Numbered from the stretch's first letter, positions 28,842 through 39,397 are shown. The stretch: 64,000 nucleotides of DNA from Patescibacteria group bacterium (GCA_028699085.1 JAQVVF010000002.1:68557-132556); one strand, 5' to 3'. The notes: a model not told the origin generated them from the letters alone. A program made the numbers and translations.

Positions 28842-29036
28842 CTTTGCACAATATAATTTCTTTAAAAATTATCTTATATAATACAAAAATCGACTCATAA
28901 AAATGAAATGATAATGCCATGAATAAAATTTAAATTGTTGACTGATACTTAACATATATATACTTAATTGCTTATATTCGTACGATTAGTTGCAGTTGCA
29001 GTTGCATTCGCAATATTAATAAGATGAAAACAAAAA

Positions 29037-29065
29037 CTGGCCCAGATATTGAGCCAGCTTTTTAA
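29037..29065. terminator. Bidirectional hairpin with T-runs on both sides inside a 443-bp intergenic region
   Basis: ctggc-ccagatattga-gccag, followed by cttttt on plus and gttttt on minus. The stem is weak (5 bp). Confidence 0.35.
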
Positions 29066-29159
29066 AAAAATTATTTAAAATTTATACAATAAAAAGTCGA
29101 CTCAATAATCTTGAATGCCAGTAATGTGTATAAAATTGTCGGCTAATATTTTTCATAAT

Positions 29160-29195
29160 AATATATTATATAACACCTACATCTTTTGTCAATAT
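29160..29195 (-). promoter_or_regulatory. Consensus-like sigma70 promoter pointing into the intergenic region
   Basis: Minus strand reads TTGACA-aaagatgtaggtgtta-TATAAT (16-bp spacer). No annotated CDS lies downstream before the hairpin or terminator. Confidence 0.45.
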
Positions 29196-29210
29196 AACTT
29201 ATCAACAGGC

Positions 29211-29693
29211 CTATTCTGTTCCTTTTTCTTTTTCAGAATATAAATAATCATAATCTATTTTTTTGTATTTAAATAATTCATCATTATTAAAAAATCTGAA
29301 TACTTCTTTCTCCGTATTTTCAGGACTATCGGAAGCATGAACAATGTTGCTTGAACCAGATATACATAAATCGCCTCTGATACTTCCAGCATCAGCTTCA
29401 TAGCCCTTTGTTGGTCCAACTAGCAAGCGAACAGCTGATATCGCATTATAACCTTCCAAAACTGCAGCAACACAAGGCGCACTTTTCATAAAACCCTTTA
29501 AGTCATTAAAAAAAGGCTTGTCCTTATGATGAGCATAATGTTCATCTAATAATACATCGCTTAATTGCATCATTTTCAATGCTGTAATTTTCAATCCTTT
29601 TTTTTCAAAACGAGAAATCACTTCACCTAAAAGATTTCTTTGCAAACCATCTGGTTTTATGATAACTAATGTTCTTTCAATTTTGTCTGGCAT
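29211..29693 (-). CDS. ndk: Nucleoside diphosphate kinase
   Basis: LVIIKPDG, active-site NIVHASD (His) and the overall NDK fold. Confidence 0.9.
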   Translation of the reverse strand: MPDKIERTLVIIKPDGLQRNLLGEVISRFEKKGLKITALKMMQLSDVLLDEHYAHHKDKPFFNDLKGFMKSAPCVAAVLEGYNAISAVRLLVGPTKGYEADAGSIRGDLCISGSSNIVHASDSPENTEKEVFRFFNNDELFKYKKIDYDYLYSEKEKGTE

Positions 29694-29711
29694 AAAATTG
29701 TTTTATTTAAT

Positions 29712-31016
29712 TTAACCTTTAATTTTGTCCATTAATTTTCTTAACTTTTTCAAAATCCTGAACTGTCCATCTTCCATAAAAAAATCTTTCAAATTTATTT
29801 CTTTATTCAATCCTCTTTTTATTCTCTTTCTCCAAGAAGACTGCTCATGTGATTCTATTGTTTCAAGATACAGATTTAATAATTTCTGAGTTTGATTTTG
29901 GATCGAAAATAATTTTGCTAGTTCTAAAGACTTTGTCGACATTTTAGCACGTAAATCTGGATTTCGCAACAACTCTAAAACTTTTTCAGAATATAAATCT
30001 GAATCATCATTTGGAATTTCAAAACCATTCTCTAAATCCGCCACAACTGAAGTCAAACCTTCATCCTTCAACATTACAATTGGCAAACCAGAAGCTGCTG
30101 CTTCCAACAAAACCAAACTTTGAGTATCAGTCTTCGATGCAAAAACAAAAAATTCTGCATCTGCAAAACATTTTGGCACTTCATCTCGATTCGCAAATCC
30201 GCCAAAAATAACTCTGTCTTGCAATTTCATTTTTTCAAATTCATTTTTTAAATCATCTAAACTTGGTCCAGAACCGATTATCGCCATCACGCAATTTTCA
30301 TCTTCTTTAGCTACTTTTTCAAACATCTCCGCTAAAAACATCGGATTCTTGGGAAGAGCCACTCTGCCCAAATACATTATTATTTTCTTGTCAGCTGGAA
30401 TATTAAACTTTGATCTTAAATATTTTTTTTCAACATTACTAAATTTATCCAACTCAATTCCAGTCTGAATAACTGAAATATCATTTTTTACTCCATATTC
30501 TTGCAACATTTTTTTAACTTTTTCCGAAGGCGAAATTAAAGCATCGCATCTTTGGCTATAAAAAACTGAGATATCTTTTGCCAAGCTCATCACTGCTTTA
30601 TCCATCCTATACCAATTTTTAAATAATGAATGACCTGTATATTTTTCATAAAGCGTATGATAAGTATGGACAACTGGAATATTATAAAATAATGCTACAA
30701 TACTTGCATACATTCCCATATAAAATGGCGTATGAGAATGAACTATGTCAATTTTAAATTTATAAAAATCATGAAAAATCGGAGGTAGATTTGGAAGCGT
30801 CATTGTGAATTCCGAAAATACATCTTGCTTCAATGATTCAATACGATAAACTCTTGGACCATCTTTTGGAACATTTCCATTTTCATCTTTTAATAATGGC
30901 GCAAAAATAAAAACCTGATGACCTTGTTTTTCCAGTTCATCTTTGAATAAATCTATTGAGTTCGCAACACCAGAGACATAAGGATGATAGGTGTCTGTAA
31001 AAAATGCTATATTCAC
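29712..31016 (-). CDS. Glycosyltransferase family 4 (GT-B), with a C-terminal extension
   Basis: EAAASGLPIV and the E-x7-E region; 434 aa; GTG start. Confidence 0.75.
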   Translation of the reverse strand: MNIAFFTDTYHPYVSGVANSIDLFKDELEKQGHQVFIFAPLLKDENGNVPKDGPRVYRIESLKQDVFSEFTMTLPNLPPIFHDFYKFKIDIVHSHTPFYMGMYASIVALFYNIPVVHTYHTLYEKYTGHSLFKNWYRMDKAVMSLAKDISVFYSQRCDALISPSEKVKKMLQEYGVKNDISVIQTGIELDKFSNVEKKYLRSKFNIPADKKIIMYLGRVALPKNPMFLAEMFEKVAKEDENCVMAIIGSGPSLDDLKNEFEKMKLQDRVIFGGFANRDEVPKCFADAEFFVFASKTDTQSLVLLEAAASGLPIVMLKDEGLTSVVADLENGFEIPNDDSDLYSEKVLELLRNPDLRAKMSTKSLELAKLFSIQNQTQKLLNLYLETIESHEQSSWRKRIKRGLNKEINLKDFFMEDGQFRILKKLRKLMDKIKG

Positions 31017-31106
31017 GTTAAAAAAGTTAAAAGTTAAAAGTTAAAAGTTAAAAGTTAAAAGTTAAAAGTTAAAAGTTAAAATTAAAAAGTTAAAAGTTAA
31101 AAGTTA
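31017..31106. repeat. Tandem heptanucleotide repeat (gttaaaa), about 12 copies
   Basis: Eight perfect consecutive copies at 31026-31081, then degenerate copies. It is followed at 31130-31170 by a T-rich ttttact-type repeat that is partly complementary. Confidence 0.9.
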
Positions 31107-31174
31107 CAAATCGAAAGTCGTCATCATTCCTTTTTATTTTTTACTTGCAGTTTTTTACTTTTTACTTTTGACTT

Positions 31175-31891
31175 CTATCTTATGTCGACAAAATCACTTG
31201 GCTGTTTTTTTAAAATAAAAACATTCCAATAATTTTTGATGTGAAACCATAAAAATTTAAAAAATCCCTTCTGAAAACGTCTTGGAGATGTATACACAAA
31301 AATCTTTGGATCAAAAACAACTTTACCATATTTTTTTAATTTCTGGCCTAGATATATATCTTCTGCTGATTTTAGATTCAAATCATATCCGCCAGCTTTT
31401 TCAAAAAAATCTTTTCGATATGCAAAATTCATTCCCGTCACATTATCTTTTCCAAATAATCTCGATATGTGCAAAAACAAAGTATAAATATATCTTGCTA
31501 GAAATCTTAAATAAAATGGACCACCGTTCATTCTTACACTGCCATAAAACAAGACCGCATTATTTTCTTCAAAATATTTGCTAATTTGACTAAGCCAGTT
31601 TTTTGGATAAACCGTGTCAGCATCGCAACTAACAATAATATCACCTTGTGCAATTTTAGCTCCAGATTGCCTAGCATAAGACACGCCTTTTCTGTTTTCT
31701 TTAACAATCTTTAAATTAGAAAAATTATGTTTTTTTGCTACATCCAAAACAACGCCTTCAGTATTATCAGTGCAAGCATTCAAGCTAATAATTAATTCAT
31801 AATCAACAAAATCTTGACTGACCAATGATTCAACGCAAGGTCTAATATATTTTTCTTCATTATATGCTGGAACAACAATCGAAATTTTCAT
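31175..31891 (-). CDS. Glycosyltransferase family 2
   Basis: VVPAYNEE, DAD (CDADT) and a GT-A fold; 238 aa. Confidence 0.8.
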   Translation of the reverse strand: MKISIVVPAYNEEKYIRPCVESLVSQDFVDYELIISLNACTDNTEGVVLDVAKKHNFSNLKIVKENRKGVSYARQSGAKIAQGDIIVSCDADTVYPKNWLSQISKYFEENNAVLFYGSVRMNGGPFYLRFLARYIYTLFLHISRLFGKDNVTGMNFAYRKDFFEKAGGYDLNLKSAEDIYLGQKLKKYGKVVFDPKIFVYTSPRRFQKGFFKFLWFHIKNYWNVFILKKQPSDFVDIR

Positions 31892-31903
31892 GATCGAAAT
31901 TAA

Positions 31904-32830
31904 TTATAATTTGTTGCAATTAATTTTAATTCCATCTCCAACACATTTTATATCTTCATCCAGATCAGTCCTAAAAACTTTAATGCCTGAATTATTCAAG
32001 TTATCCAAAGTAGTTTGATGCGGATGATGATAAGAATTTTTCAAACCTACCATAATTATACCATAATTCGATGCAACTTTTTCCAAAAAATCCACTGAAC
32101 TTGAATACTTGCTTCCGTGATGCCCAACTTTCAAAATATCACTCTTTAAATCTGCGTTATTATTCAAAATTTCTTTTTCAATTTCCATTCCTGCATCACC
32201 TGTCATCATAATCGAATTTTGTCCATAAATCAACCTTAAAACAATTGAAGAATTATTCAAATCATCACTTTCAACATTATTGATTGGCGCTAATATTTTT
32301 ATTGTTGTTTGACCCAACAAAACCTCATCTCCAGCTTTAACATTCTTTGAAACAATATTTTTTTCTTTAATTAAATTTAATAGTTCCAGATATCCAGCAT
32401 AATCATTTTTAGTTCCATAATATAACACCTCGCCAACATCATATCTTTTTAAAATATCAACTAAACCATCGACATGGTCGCTATGTCCATGACTTAGAAT
32501 TACTAATTCAATTTTTTTATCATAATATGGCATTATTTCTCCTAATTTTGACAGCACTTTACTACCCGGCCCACCATCAATCAAAATATCTTGAGAATCA
32601 GCAGTTCGAAAATAACTAGCATCACCTTGTCCTACATCAAAAAAATAAGCAGTTAATTTTTGATCATTACCTTTAAATACCATTGGCCACAAAACAATGT
32701 TTAACAATCCAAATACCACCATTACGCTATATGCAAATTTTTTATTTTTAATTTTAACCATTATTTTTTTCTTAATGCCCTCCAGATAATATAAATAATA
32801 ACATAATATATAATAACTAACCCAAACCAA
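31904..32830 (-). CDS. comEC: ComEC C-terminal metallo-beta-lactamase domain (separate ORF)
   Basis: FDVGQGDA and HGHSDH..GHHG MBL motifs typical of the ComEC C-terminus. It overlaps the upstream ORF by about 70 nt in another frame. Confidence 0.7.
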   Translation of the reverse strand: MVWVSYYILCYYLYYLEGIKKKIMVKIKNKKFAYSVMVVFGLLNIVLWPMVFKGNDQKLTAYFFDVGQGDASYFRTADSQDILIDGGPGSKVLSKLGEIMPYYDKKIELVILSHGHSDHVDGLVDILKRYDVGEVLYYGTKNDYAGYLELLNLIKEKNIVSKNVKAGDEVLLGQTTIKILAPINNVESDDLNNSSIVLRLIYGQNSIMMTGDAGMEIEKEILNNNADLKSDILKVGHHGSKYSSSVDFLEKVASNYGIIMVGLKNSYHHPHQTTLDNLNNSGIKVFRTDLDEDIKCVGDGIKINCNKL

Positions 32831-34227
32831 ATTTTTTTTACTTCAATTGCTGCCCAATTAAATTGCGAAAAAAATTCCACAATCTTAATCATATATGACA
32901 CAAACAACCAGGCAATCAATCCTAATAATTTTCCTAAAGGAAAAAATATTATTCCAGCTAATCCTCCCAAAAAACCAACTAGCATTGTAATCGGAATTAT
33001 CGGCAAGATCAACAAATTTGCTAAAGGTGAAATTAAAGATAATCTTTCAAAATTATTAAATATTATTGGTAAAACCAAAAATTGTGCAGCAAATGTTGTT
33101 GCTAATACCTCTCTCAACTTAAAGACATTCGGCATTTTTTTCAAATATCTCAAAATAATTGGCGTAAAATAAACAATTCCGATCGTTGCCAAAAATGATA
33201 ATTGGAATCCGACATCAAAAGACAAAAACAATGGATTAACTGTAACTATTGCAATTGCCGAAAACAATAACACATTGCGAATATTCGACATCCTGCCAAA
33301 ATTCAATGCCACAACAACTAATCCGCCCATAATTGATGCTCTAATCGCCGACGCTTGGATTCCAGTCAATAATACAAAAAATATTAAACCCAAAACAGCT
33401 AACCAAAACGCCTTTTTGCGATCAAAAACCATTATCCCAAGATATAACAGTATAGAAGAAATCACTGTCACGTGATAACCTGAAACAACAATTACATGAG
33501 ACACGCCAACTAAATTGAATTTATCCAATAATTCCTTCGGCAAACCGCTTTTATTTCCTAACAATAAACCATCAATCAACGATGCCTGAGGTTCTGGCAA
33601 AATTTTATTTATGCTGTCTCTAAAATAATATTTAATTTTCAAAACAAAATTAAATATAAAATTTCCTTTATTCTTATCAGCTAGAATAATCTCTGGATTA
33701 TATACTACAGAATAAATACCTGACTTTGCTAAATAATCACGATAATTAAATTCATTAAACTCTCCAGGATCTTTTAATTTAGCTTTTACTTCCAATAGAT
33801 CGCCATAATTAAAAACTGGATATCTTGGCACTGTAATCAAAATTCTGCCTTTTAAATTTTTATCAAGCTCTTTTGATCTTAAATTGCCAAGCACTAATTT
33901 TGTGTTTTCTATTCGTAAATCAGGTTCAACAATTACCGTTCCAACCAACACAATTTCCCTTTTTTCATTATAATATTGAATCCAATCACTATTTATTTTT
34001 GGCAAAGCTAATTCATATCGAAGCATACCAAGAAAGAAAACGATGATCCCAAATCCAATTACTAAACACACCTTAAATTTATGCCAAATAAAAATCAAAA
34101 TAAAAGCGCAATTTAAAAGCGCTAATTTTATTATTAAATCAATCAAAAAAAATTGAGATAAAAAAATCCCTCCTAAAAATGACACTCCAAGCCAAAAAAA
34201 TATTTTTGCTTTAGACAATTTGAACAC
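32761..34227 (-). CDS. comEC: ComEC/Rec2 N-terminal membrane 'competence' domain
   Basis: 488-aa polytopic membrane protein with an N-terminal DUF4131-like region and a competence-domain-like core. Confidence 0.7.
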   Translation of the reverse strand: MFKLSKAKIFFWLGVSFLGGIFLSQFFLIDLIIKLALLNCAFILIFIWHKFKVCLVIGFGIIVFFLGMLRYELALPKINSDWIQYYNEKREIVLVGTVIVEPDLRIENTKLVLGNLRSKELDKNLKGRILITVPRYPVFNYGDLLEVKAKLKDPGEFNEFNYRDYLAKSGIYSVVYNPEIILADKNKGNFIFNFVLKIKYYFRDSINKILPEPQASLIDGLLLGNKSGLPKELLDKFNLVGVSHVIVVSGYHVTVISSILLYLGIMVFDRKKAFWLAVLGLIFFVLLTGIQASAIRASIMGGLVVVALNFGRMSNIRNVLLFSAIAIVTVNPLFLSFDVGFQLSFLATIGIVYFTPIILRYLKKMPNVFKLREVLATTFAAQFLVLPIIFNNFERLSLISPLANLLILPIIPITMLVGFLGGLAGIIFFPLGKLLGLIAWLFVSYMIKIVEFFSQFNWAAIEVKKIWFGLVIIYYVIIYIIWRALRKK

Positions 34228-34349
34228 TATATCTGTTCATGACTAAATAAAAAATAAATCAATGATCTAAATATTTGTTCAAAATTTATTATAACAAAAA
34301 GTCCGTGACATTTCACGGACTTATATTTTATACCTTTAATCTATTTTGT

Positions 34350-35498
34350 TTATTTATTCAATTTTCTTCTAATAAAAGCTGGCACATCTAATTCATCATC
34401 ATCTGCCTCAATTGGTCTGCGAGGCTCTTGAATTTTAGGTTTATTATTATCTACTGATTGATAGCTAAATCCCTTAAAAACATCATTTTGGATTGAAGAA
34501 GAAGACGTTGATAATGGCATAGAATCATCTAAGCTCTTTTTCTTTTTCTTAGATGAGAATCCAGTTGCAATTACTGTAATCTTAATTTCATTATTTAAAC
34601 TTTCATCTCTAACAGCGCCAAAGATAATTTTTGCTTTTGGATCAACAGACTCAGTAATAACCTTTGCAGCCTCATCAATTTCTAACATTCCCAAATCATC
34701 ACCGCCAGAAACATTGAATAATACACCAGTCGCACCATCAACAGATTGTTCAAGCAATGGACTATCAATCGCTTTCTTTGCAGCTTCTGCGGCTCTATTC
34801 TCGCCAGATGCAACACCAATACCCATCAATGCTGAACCAGTACCTTCCATAATTGCTCGGACATCTGCAAAGTCAACATTAACAACTCCAGGAATTGTAA
34901 TCAAATCAGATATACCTTGAACACCTTGTCTCAATACTTCATCAATAACCTTGAAAGCATCGGTTAAAGCAGTTTTTTTATCAATTATCTGTAACAACTT
35001 ATCATTAGGAATTGTAATTAATGTATCAACTTTGCTTTCTAATTCTTCATGTCCTTTTTCAGCAATTTCATTTCTTTGAGCGCCTTCAAAAGCAAACGGT
35101 TTTGTTACTACTCCGACAGTCAAAGCACCAGCTTCTTTTGCAATACTAGCAACAACTGGAGCTGCACCTGTACCAGTTCCACCACCAAGACCGCAAGTAA
35201 TAAAAACCATATCACTGCCTTTTACAGCTTCTTGAATTTCTTCTTGATCTTCCTCAGCTGCCTGTCTTCCAATTTCTGGATTCATGCCTGCTCCTAATCC
35301 TCGAGTTAAAGTCTTTCCAATATTAATTCGCGTTTTAATATTTGATACCTGTAATGCTTGTGCGTCAGTATTAACAATAATAAAATCTACACCCTTCATT
35401 GACGAAGAATGCATTCTACTCACCGCTGAACATCCACCTCCACCAACACCGATTACTTTAATTCTTGCAAATGTTTCAATTTCCGGTTTTATCTCCAT
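34350..35498 (-). CDS. ftsZ: Cell division protein FtsZ
   Basis: GVGGGG and GGGTGTG tubulin-signature motifs. Confidence 0.95.
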   Translation of the reverse strand: MEIKPEIETFARIKVIGVGGGGCSAVSRMHSSSMKGVDFIIVNTDAQALQVSNIKTRINIGKTLTRGLGAGMNPEIGRQAAEEDQEEIQEAVKGSDMVFITCGLGGGTGTGAAPVVASIAKEAGALTVGVVTKPFAFEGAQRNEIAEKGHEELESKVDTLITIPNDKLLQIIDKKTALTDAFKVIDEVLRQGVQGISDLITIPGVVNVDFADVRAIMEGTGSALMGIGVASGENRAAEAAKKAIDSPLLEQSVDGATGVLFNVSGGDDLGMLEIDEAAKVITESVDPKAKIIFGAVRDESLNNEIKITVIATGFSSKKKKKSLDDSMPLSTSSSSIQNDVFKGFSYQSVDNNKPKIQEPRRPIEADDDELDVPAFIRRKLNK

Positions 35499-35650
35499 AA
35501 ATTTATTTTAAATGCTAAAAAAATATCTTAAACAAAAATGAGCTTATCTAATAGCTCATTATAGGTTAAAAAATTTTATTCATCAAGAATCAATGTGGAT
35601 AAGTTGAACAAGACTATTGTTCAAACCGACCAAATTTTGTTTACAGCAAT

Positions 35651-36886
35651 CTAGGGAAGAAATGTTTTAAACCAACCTTTTATCTTATCGACTGTATTAC
35701 CCATCGAAGAAATTCCAGGGATATCTTTTCTTTCTTCAACATGAGAGAGACCCCACATAATTAAACCTTCTGGAGTTGCATATGATGGATCATCCATCTT
35801 GTCAACGACTCCTGGGATACTTTCTGGAAAGCCTATTTGAGCAGGAAGTCTCAATTCTTTTTTAGCCAAATCAACAATGTTTGGCAACTTCGCACCACCG
35901 CCACATAATACTATTCCTGCCGGCAATTTTCCTGATCGATCAATCTTTCTTAATTCTTTATCTACCATTGAAAACATTTCTGAAAGTCTTGCTTCAATTA
36001 TTTCAACAATTTTTTTTCTAGCAACTAATTGTGGCTCACCGCCAACAATTTTTGATAAATCAACCTCATCTCTTTTATCAACATCAGATGTAGCCGCAAC
36101 TCCATATTCTAATTTAATTCTTTCAGCATCTTCGATTGAGGTTCTTAATCCAATCGCTAAATCATTTGTAATATGTTCTGAACCAATTGGCAAAACAGAA
36201 ACAGTCATTAAGTCACCTTCCTCATAGACAACTAATCCTGTTGTTCCTCCGCCAATATCTACCAAAACAACACCAAGTTCTTTTTGTTTTTTTGACAAAA
36301 CAGAATAACTTGCTGCCAAAGGAGATACAATCAGATCGTCAATTTCGATTCCTGCTCTAGCAATACATTTAGTTAAATTTTTAATATATGATGTAGCACC
36401 TTCAACTATTACAGCCTCAACTTCTAATCTAACGCCATTCATCCCGATTGGATCCTTAATGCCTTCCTGATTGTCAACAATAAAATATCTTGGCACAACA
36501 TGTAAAATTTCATGATTAGGTGGCAATGAAATAGCTGATGCCGCATCAATTGCTCTAGAAACATCATCATTAGTAATTTCATTATCAGCACGACCAACAG
36601 CAATAACACCTTTGCTATTTTCAGAAATAACATGACTGCCGCCAACAGAAACAAAGGCATGCTCAATTGGCACACCACTTGTTCTTTCTGCTTTTTCAAT
36701 AGACGAGGATATACTACTTGTTGCTTCTTCAACATCAACAACAACACCACGTCTTATCCCATTAGAAAAAGATTCCCCCAAACCAATAATTTGCGGTTTT
36801 TCTGTTTCAAAATCAACTCTTGAAACAATTGTTCTAATTTTGTGAGACCCTATATCTAGTCCAACAATAATTTCTTCTTTAGGCAT
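35651..36886 (-). CDS. ftsA: Cell division protein FtsA
   Basis: Actin-like ATPase (GLDIGS, DIGGGTT), 411 aa, immediately upstream of ftsZ. Confidence 0.9.
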   Translation of the reverse strand: MPKEEIIVGLDIGSHKIRTIVSRVDFETEKPQIIGLGESFSNGIRRGVVVDVEEATSSISSSIEKAERTSGVPIEHAFVSVGGSHVISENSKGVIAVGRADNEITNDDVSRAIDAASAISLPPNHEILHVVPRYFIVDNQEGIKDPIGMNGVRLEVEAVIVEGATSYIKNLTKCIARAGIEIDDLIVSPLAASYSVLSKKQKELGVVLVDIGGGTTGLVVYEEGDLMTVSVLPIGSEHITNDLAIGLRTSIEDAERIKLEYGVAATSDVDKRDEVDLSKIVGGEPQLVARKKIVEIIEARLSEMFSMVDKELRKIDRSGKLPAGIVLCGGGAKLPNIVDLAKKELRLPAQIGFPESIPGVVDKMDDPSYATPEGLIMWGLSHVEERKDIPGISSMGNTVDKIKGWFKTFLP

Positions 36887-37002
36887 TTAATTTTGATTTT
36901 GTTTTGTAAATATAATACTTTTCAATAATAGATTTATTGTAACAAAAAAATCAATAAATTGTAAGATTAGTTTGTTGATAATTAGATCTAAAAAATTTCT
37001 AA

Positions 37003-37380
37003 TTAAATATTAAATAAATTTAAAATTCTTGGCAAGAATATAATCACTCCAATTGCAACAGCCGCTACTGCTGCAACAAGTACAGTTGCTGCCATCATAT
37101 CTTTAATTACCATTGCATAAGAATGAATTCGAGGCTTCAAAATATCAACGATTCTTTCAAAAATTGAATTAACAAGTTCAGCAAAAATAACCAATGTCAT
37201 TGCAATTATCAATACTAAGGATTCTAATCTTGATACTTTAAAAAATACCATCAAAATTATCACTATCACGGCAAAAAATAAATGGATTCTAAAATTCTGT
37301 TCTTCTTTAAATGTATAAATCAAACCCTTAAAAGAATAACCAAAACTTTTTATCAATCTTTTTAAATCAATTATTTTCAT
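37003..37380 (-). CDS. dgkA: Diacylglycerol / undecaprenol kinase family (DgkA)
   Basis: 125 aa with three TM helices and an N-terminal amphipathic region; ...AELVNSIFE... is the DgkA core. Confidence 0.65.
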   Translation of the reverse strand: MKIIDLKRLIKSFGYSFKGLIYTFKEEQNFRIHLFFAVIVIILMVFFKVSRLESLVLIIAMTLVIFAELVNSIFERIVDILKPRIHSYAMVIKDMMAATVLVAAVAAVAIGVIIFLPRILNLFNI

Positions 37381-37781
37381 TTTATTTTTTTTAATATCTG
37401 ATTTTGCATAAAAACCATTTTTTTATAACCATTTTCATCTTCATCCGAATAGTCAAAAAGATGTAAAATCCCATGTATAAGAATTTCTGCTAACTCTTCT
37501 TTTTGATTTCTTTTAGCCTTTTTTGCTTGTTTGCTAACTTGATCCAGACAAATAAAAATCTGACCTAAAAATTTCTCTTCTTTAATGTTAAAAGTCAGAA
37601 CATCAGTAATTTTATCAATTTTACGATATTTTCTATTTAAATATCTTATCTCTTTATTTTTAACCAAAACCAGATCAAAGTCATAATTACTTTTTTCATT
37701 CAGATAGCTAAAAGTATTTTTAGCTATCTTTTCAAAAAAGTCTTTACTAATTATTCTCTTTGTGCGATTAATTAAATTCAT
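37377..37781 (-). CDS. ybeY: rRNA maturation endoribonuclease YbeY
   Basis: HGILHLFDYSDED matches the H..LHL.GYDH zinc motif. Confidence 0.85.
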   Translation of the reverse strand: MNLINRTKRIISKDFFEKIAKNTFSYLNEKSNYDFDLVLVKNKEIRYLNRKYRKIDKITDVLTFNIKEEKFLGQIFICLDQVSKQAKKAKRNQKEELAEILIHGILHLFDYSDEDENGYKKMVFMQNQILKKIK

Positions 37782-38023
37782 TATTGTTTGAATGCTTGAC
37801 TATCTAATTTTCCAATCCTACGTAAATAATCTCTTTCTTTTCTAAATTCACTGCGCTTAATAGCGCTTCTTCTTGTTAAATTCTTACTTTTCTTTCTTTC
37901 AAATCGTTTTTTGCTTCTTGCCAAAACTAAAACTCCACTTCTCTGAAGTTGTTTTTTAAACCTTCTTAGCATGCTTTCAATTTTCTCATCGCCTCTTTTG
38001 GTTACATCAACCATTAGATTCAC
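37781..38023 (-). CDS. rpsU: 30S ribosomal protein S21
   Basis: LRRFKKQLQRSGVL...RKERDY matches S21; small and very basic. Confidence 0.8.
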   Translation of the reverse strand: MNLMVDVTKRGDEKIESMLRRFKKQLQRSGVLVLARSKKRFERKKSKNLTRRSAIKRSEFRKERDYLRRIGKLDSQAFKQ

Positions 38024-38053
38024 CCACCTTTCTAATAAATAATATTTAATAAA

Positions 38054-39388
38054 CTAATTCTTTTGATTTAACTTCTTTTTGATTTCAATAGCTAGATTAT
38101 CTTGACTTAATACTTCCTGAATACCACTTTGCATATCTCTAATTAAAACACTTTTATCTAGAACTTCTTTTTGACCCAAAATTAATGCATATCTAACACC
38201 TTGGTTGCTTGCATATCTTAATTGCGATTTAATACTATCTTTATGCATATTTTCAATAACAAAAATACCATTATCCATTAATGTATTGATAATTCCTAAA
38301 GCTTTTTTTCTAGCCATATCTCCCAACTGTACTAACATTATATCAGCTTTCTTTCTAGGCAAATCTTTCCTTTCTCTGTTCTCTTTTAAATAATTAATTA
38401 TTCTTTCTACACCTAATGCCATGCCTATCGCTGGAGTTTCTCTTCCACCCATAATTTCAACTAAATCATCATATCTGCCTCCACCACCGAAACTTCCTTG
38501 TGAAGCAGATGCCTTTTCAGAAGTTGGCCAAAATTCAAAAGCAGTTTTTGTATAGTAATCTAAACCACGAACTAATTTAGAATTCAAATTATAAGGAATT
38601 TTAGCTTCATCCAAATATTCAAGTACTTCTTTAAAATGATTGTGGCATTCATCACACAAATAATCAATAATTTGAGGTGCTTCATTTACTACTTCCTGGC
38701 ATCTTGAATTTTTGCAATCCAAAATCCTTAAAGGATTCTTTTTTAATCTTTTTTTACAATCAATGCACAATCTTTGTTTTTTACTAGACAAAAAATCAAC
38801 AAGCATTTCACGATATTGTTCACGACAGACTCTACAACCAACACTATTAATCTGAACCTCAAAATTGTTCAATCCAATTTTCTTCAAAACTTTCCATGCA
38901 ATAAAAATAACTTGCGCATCAATAACTGGTTTTGAACTACCCAAAGCTTCAATATTAAATTGATGAAATTCTCTTTGTCTTCCTGCTTGAGGCTTTTCTC
39001 TGCGAAACATCGGACCAACGTAATATAATTTTACTGGTTGAGGATAGGTATGCATTCCATTTTCTATATAAGCTCTAACAACACCGGGAGTACCCTCTGG
39101 TCTTAATGTTAAATCATCTCCCCCTTTGTCTAGAAAAGAAAACATTTCCTTCTGAACAATATCTGTGTTCTCTCCAGTCGATCTTTGGAACAACTCAGTC
39201 CTTTCTAAAATAGGGGTTTCTACTTTACTAAAACCAAAAGTTGCAGTAGTTTTTTCTACAGCATCTAAAAATAAATCCCAATATGGCATTTCTGAAGGCA
39301 ATATATCATGCATCCCTCTAACTTTTTCAACTAATTTTTTCTTTACTCTTAATTTAGGTTTCTTTAATGTTTTCTTAGGTCTGCCCAT
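38054..39388 (-). CDS. hisS: Histidine--tRNA ligase
   Basis: GMHDILP, RPEGT, FRREKPQAGRQREF and class-II motif 3. Confidence 0.9.
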   Translation of the reverse strand: MGRPKKTLKKPKLRVKKKLVEKVRGMHDILPSEMPYWDLFLDAVEKTTATFGFSKVETPILERTELFQRSTGENTDIVQKEMFSFLDKGGDDLTLRPEGTPGVVRAYIENGMHTYPQPVKLYYVGPMFRREKPQAGRQREFHQFNIEALGSSKPVIDAQVIFIAWKVLKKIGLNNFEVQINSVGCRVCREQYREMLVDFLSSKKQRLCIDCKKRLKKNPLRILDCKNSRCQEVVNEAPQIIDYLCDECHNHFKEVLEYLDEAKIPYNLNSKLVRGLDYYTKTAFEFWPTSEKASASQGSFGGGGRYDDLVEIMGGRETPAIGMALGVERIINYLKENRERKDLPRKKADIMLVQLGDMARKKALGIINTLMDNGIFVIENMHKDSIKSQLRYASNQGVRYALILGQKEVLDKSVLIRDMQSGIQEVLSQDNLAIEIKKKLNQKN

Positions 39389-39397
39389 AGTTAATAA

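Noticed and set aside
36439-36750. 103-aa minus-strand ORF inside ftsA
   Set aside because: It is an alternative frame of the ftsA coding region. It is Leu/Lys/Met-rich low-complexity sequence with no support.
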